Assembly (NCBI GenBank): GCA_964016885.1
Contig: OZ024760.1
Coordinates: forward strand, 15,314,001 to 15,378,000
Length of the DNA stretch: 64,000 bases
Direction: 5' to 3'
Source: Eledone cirrhosa
Lineage: Eukaryota
This document shows, in pieces, positions 60,925-64,000 of the stretch. The translations under genes were made by a program, and so were the position numbers. Below the pieces are notes generated by a model. It made no database searches. It was not told where the DNA came from and saw nothing but the letters and a program-made list of their open reading frames with translations. Within the stretch, counting starts at the first letter, position 1. Each line of letters begins with the position of its first letter.

Positions 60925-61507
60925 CCGATACTGCCAATCCACCACCAATCTTCCAATACTGCCAACCCACTGCCAATCTCCCAATACTGCCAATCCACCG
61001 CCAATCTCCCAATACTGCCAACCCACCGTCAATCTCCCAATACTGCCAACCCACCGCCAATCTCCCAATACTGACAATCCACCACCAATCTCCCAATACT
61101 GCCAACCCACCGTCAATCTCCCAATACTGCCAACCCACCACCAATCTCCCAATACTGCCAACCCACCGTCAATCTCCAAATACTGCCAACCCACCGCCAA
61201 TCTCCCAATACTGCCAATCCACCACCAATCTTCCAATACTGCCAACCCACTGCCAATCTCCCAATACTGCCAACCCACTGCCAATCTCCCAATACTGCCA
61301 ACCCACTGCCAATCTCCCAATACTGCCAACCCACCGCCAATCTCCCAATACTGCCAACCCACCACCAATCTCCCAATACTGCCAACCCACCGCCAATCTC
61401 CCAATACTGCCAACCCACCGCCAATCTCCCAATACTGCCAACCCACCGCCAATCTCCCAATACTGCCAACCCACCACCAATCTCCCAATACTGACAATCT
61501 ATTGCCA
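60925..61507 (-). repeat. 28-bp minisatellite made from a SINE 5' end, 20 copies plus a partial
   Basis: Unit ccaatactgccaacccaccgccaatctc, contiguous with the SINE at 60785-60945. Confidence 0.95.
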
Positions 61508-61728
61508 AAATAAAAATGGTGACAACATAAATCAATTTTCCCAAATCTCTTTTTATTTAAAACTGTTACATAAAGAAAACTGGAAACAAATATGAAAAAG
61601 GAATATATATACAAGGGCAGTGCCCCAGCGTGGCCTCAGCCCAATGGCTGGAACAAGTAAAAGAGAATATATATATATATAAAATAATACAAATGAAAAC
61701 AAAAATAAAAGCAAAATATCTTATACGA

Positions 61729-61776
<48 letters not shown>

Positions 61777-62898
61777 AGCATACACTCACACACACTCATT
61801 TATGCATGCGTGTATGTGTGTATATATATATATATGTATATAACATATATATGTATATAACATGTATATAGCATATATGTATATATAACATGTATATAAC
61901 ATATATATATGTAAGTAACATATATATATGTAAGTAACATATATATATATATATAACATATGTATATATGTATATAACATATATATGTATATAACATATA
62001 TATGTATATAACATATATGTATATAACATATATATGTATATAACATATATATGTATATAACATATATATATGTATATAACATATATATATGTATATACCG
62101 TATATATATATAATATATAACATGTATTTAACATATATATTTTACGTATACAATATATACCATGTATATAACATATATATATATATTATGTGTATAACAT
62201 ATATATATATTTATTTATATAATGCGTTTGTGTGCGTGTATATGTATATTTATGTATGAATACATACATACAACAAAAACACATGTGCACACATACAGAT
62301 ACACACAATACCAGTGATATACCCAGGTCCTTAAAAATCATAAAGGGTTGTATGTTTAGGAAACTTCTTGCAGGTTAAGGCTAACACTTGTATGTTATTT
62401 ATACCAAGAAATGAAAGAACTTCATGCAAAAATTATATATATATATATATATATGCATATATATGTATGTATATATATATATATAGAAATTACATGAATC
62501 AAAGTTCTGTTTAAACCATTTATTCGCTTACAATTGTTTCTTCCAAACCTTGATTCATGTAATTTCTATATAACTGCATTGTAGAACAACTGATGTTGTT
62601 ACATTGAGCTATTTATCTTACTGGTAATAAGGTAGTAATATATTACTGTCTTTCACTATTTAGGGATAAAAATATATATAACTATAAAAGGTTTTAGTAT
62701 ATACATAACCATAAATAGTATCCTTAATACTATATATATATGCATATATATGTATGTATATATATATGTATATATCTGTATATATATGCATATATATGTA
62801 TGTATATATATGTATATATCTGTATATATATACATATATATGCATATATATGTATGTATGTATATATCTGTATATATATATACATACATATGCATATG

Positions 62899-62935
<37 letters not shown>

Positions 62936-63104
62936 ATATATCTGTATATACATACATATATATGCATAAATATGTATGTATGCATATGTATATGTATATA
63001 TCTGTATATACATACATATATATGCATAAATATGTATGTATGCATATATATATGTATATATCTGTATATACATACATATATATGGATATATATATTTGTA
63101 TATA

Positions 63105-63163
<59 letters not shown>

Positions 63164-63251
63164 ATCGGTATAAATCGAAGTGGCAGTATAGCAGATTCTA
63201 ATCAAATTGTTAGAGGTGGTGTGTGTGTGTGTATGTATATATATATATATA

Positions 63252-63318
<67 letters not shown>

Positions 63319-63320
63319 TA

Positions 63321-63394
63321 TTGGGTTGTAACATAAATTCCCGCCGTTCTTTTTATTAAGAAGTGTTATAACAACGGCGGGAATTTGTTACAAC

Positions 63395-63398
<4 letters not shown>
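63321..63398. mobile_element. mariner-like mini-MITE
   Basis: TA|ttgggttgtaacataaattcccgccgtt ... aacggcgggaatttgttacaacccaa|TA. Confidence 0.85.
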
Positions 63399-63436
<38 letters not shown>

Positions 63437-63828
63437 TATATATATATATATATATATAGATGTATATATATATATATATATACATGTGTATACGTCCATA
63501 CCCACACATACATATATATCTATAGATATATACATCCACACACACACACACACACATATATATACACACACACACCCCTCATACACAATACTATATAAAC
63601 ATGTCACTCACAACTCTATGTAGCCATCCTCGTTAATTATTGAGTTTGATTAATTATTCATTGTTTTACAACCAGTTACTGCACTCATTACCCTGCCATA
63701 TTGTTGTTGTTGGTGTTGTTGTTGCAGCTGTGTTTGTGGTTGTCGTAAATATCATTGCCACCACCACCACCTTCATCATCATCACCACCACCACCATCAC
63801 CACCACCATCACCATCATCATACCCATC

Positions 63829-63859
<31 letters not shown>

Positions 63860-64000
63860 ACATTGGCATATATATCATTGTAGATACTTATTGTTGTGAG
63901 GGTGGCCATGGAAGGAGGGCTCCTGTGACAAAGAAGTTCCACTTGTTACTTACCCTTTTCTCTATATTCAAGGAGCCTTTAAGTAATCAATTTCTCAGCC

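Noticed and set aside
60821-61614. Trp/Gly-rich repetitive ORFs (WQYWEIGGGLAVLGD)
   Set aside because: They are reading frames of the 28-bp SINE-derived array and are open in all three minus frames.
1067-63575. Dozens of ORFs rich in YI/HT/CV dipeptides
   Set aside because: They are translations of (TA)n/(CA)n microsatellites, which lack stop codons; no splice or homology support.
59440-64000. Possible third gene on the minus strand (donor G|GTAAGT at about 63954; open stretch 59445-59600)
   Set aside because: Stops in all frames upstream of the donor and no recognisable protein; cannot be supported from this window.

Overview
Eukaryotic, AT-rich, microsatellite-saturated genomic DNA. The SINE/LINE/MITE repertoire resembles that of octopod cephalopods (inference; no taxonomic search run). 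Most ORFs in the supplied track are artefacts of (TA)n/(CA)n/trinucleotide tracts. Two complete intron-rich genes can be assembled by hand on the + strand with GT-AG sites and consistent phases. (1) FAF2/UBXD8: 14 coding exons, 8877-27204, 450 aa (UBA-hairpin-UAS-coiled coil-UBX). (2) A collinear homologue of fungal Vac8 (armadillo-repeat vacuolar protein 8): 14 coding exons, 36560-52493, 599 aa. The rest is tRNA-derived SINEs, 3' fragments of RTE, CR1 and CRE-like LINEs, a Helitron helicase fragment, hAT/piggyBac/Tc1 MITEs and many minisatellites. Most interesting: (a) several families of short fold-back elements embedded in (TA)n tracts that carry hammerhead-ribozyme motifs and share a downstream CTCTACT..TATTGAGTAC motif (Penelope/retrozyme-like); (b) an animal Vac8 that keeps the yeast Arg triad but has an internal Cys cluster in place of the N-terminal myristoylation motif; (c) a 24-bp minisatellite that multiplies a Vac8 splice donor; (d) SINE/LINE tail sharing visible within the window.
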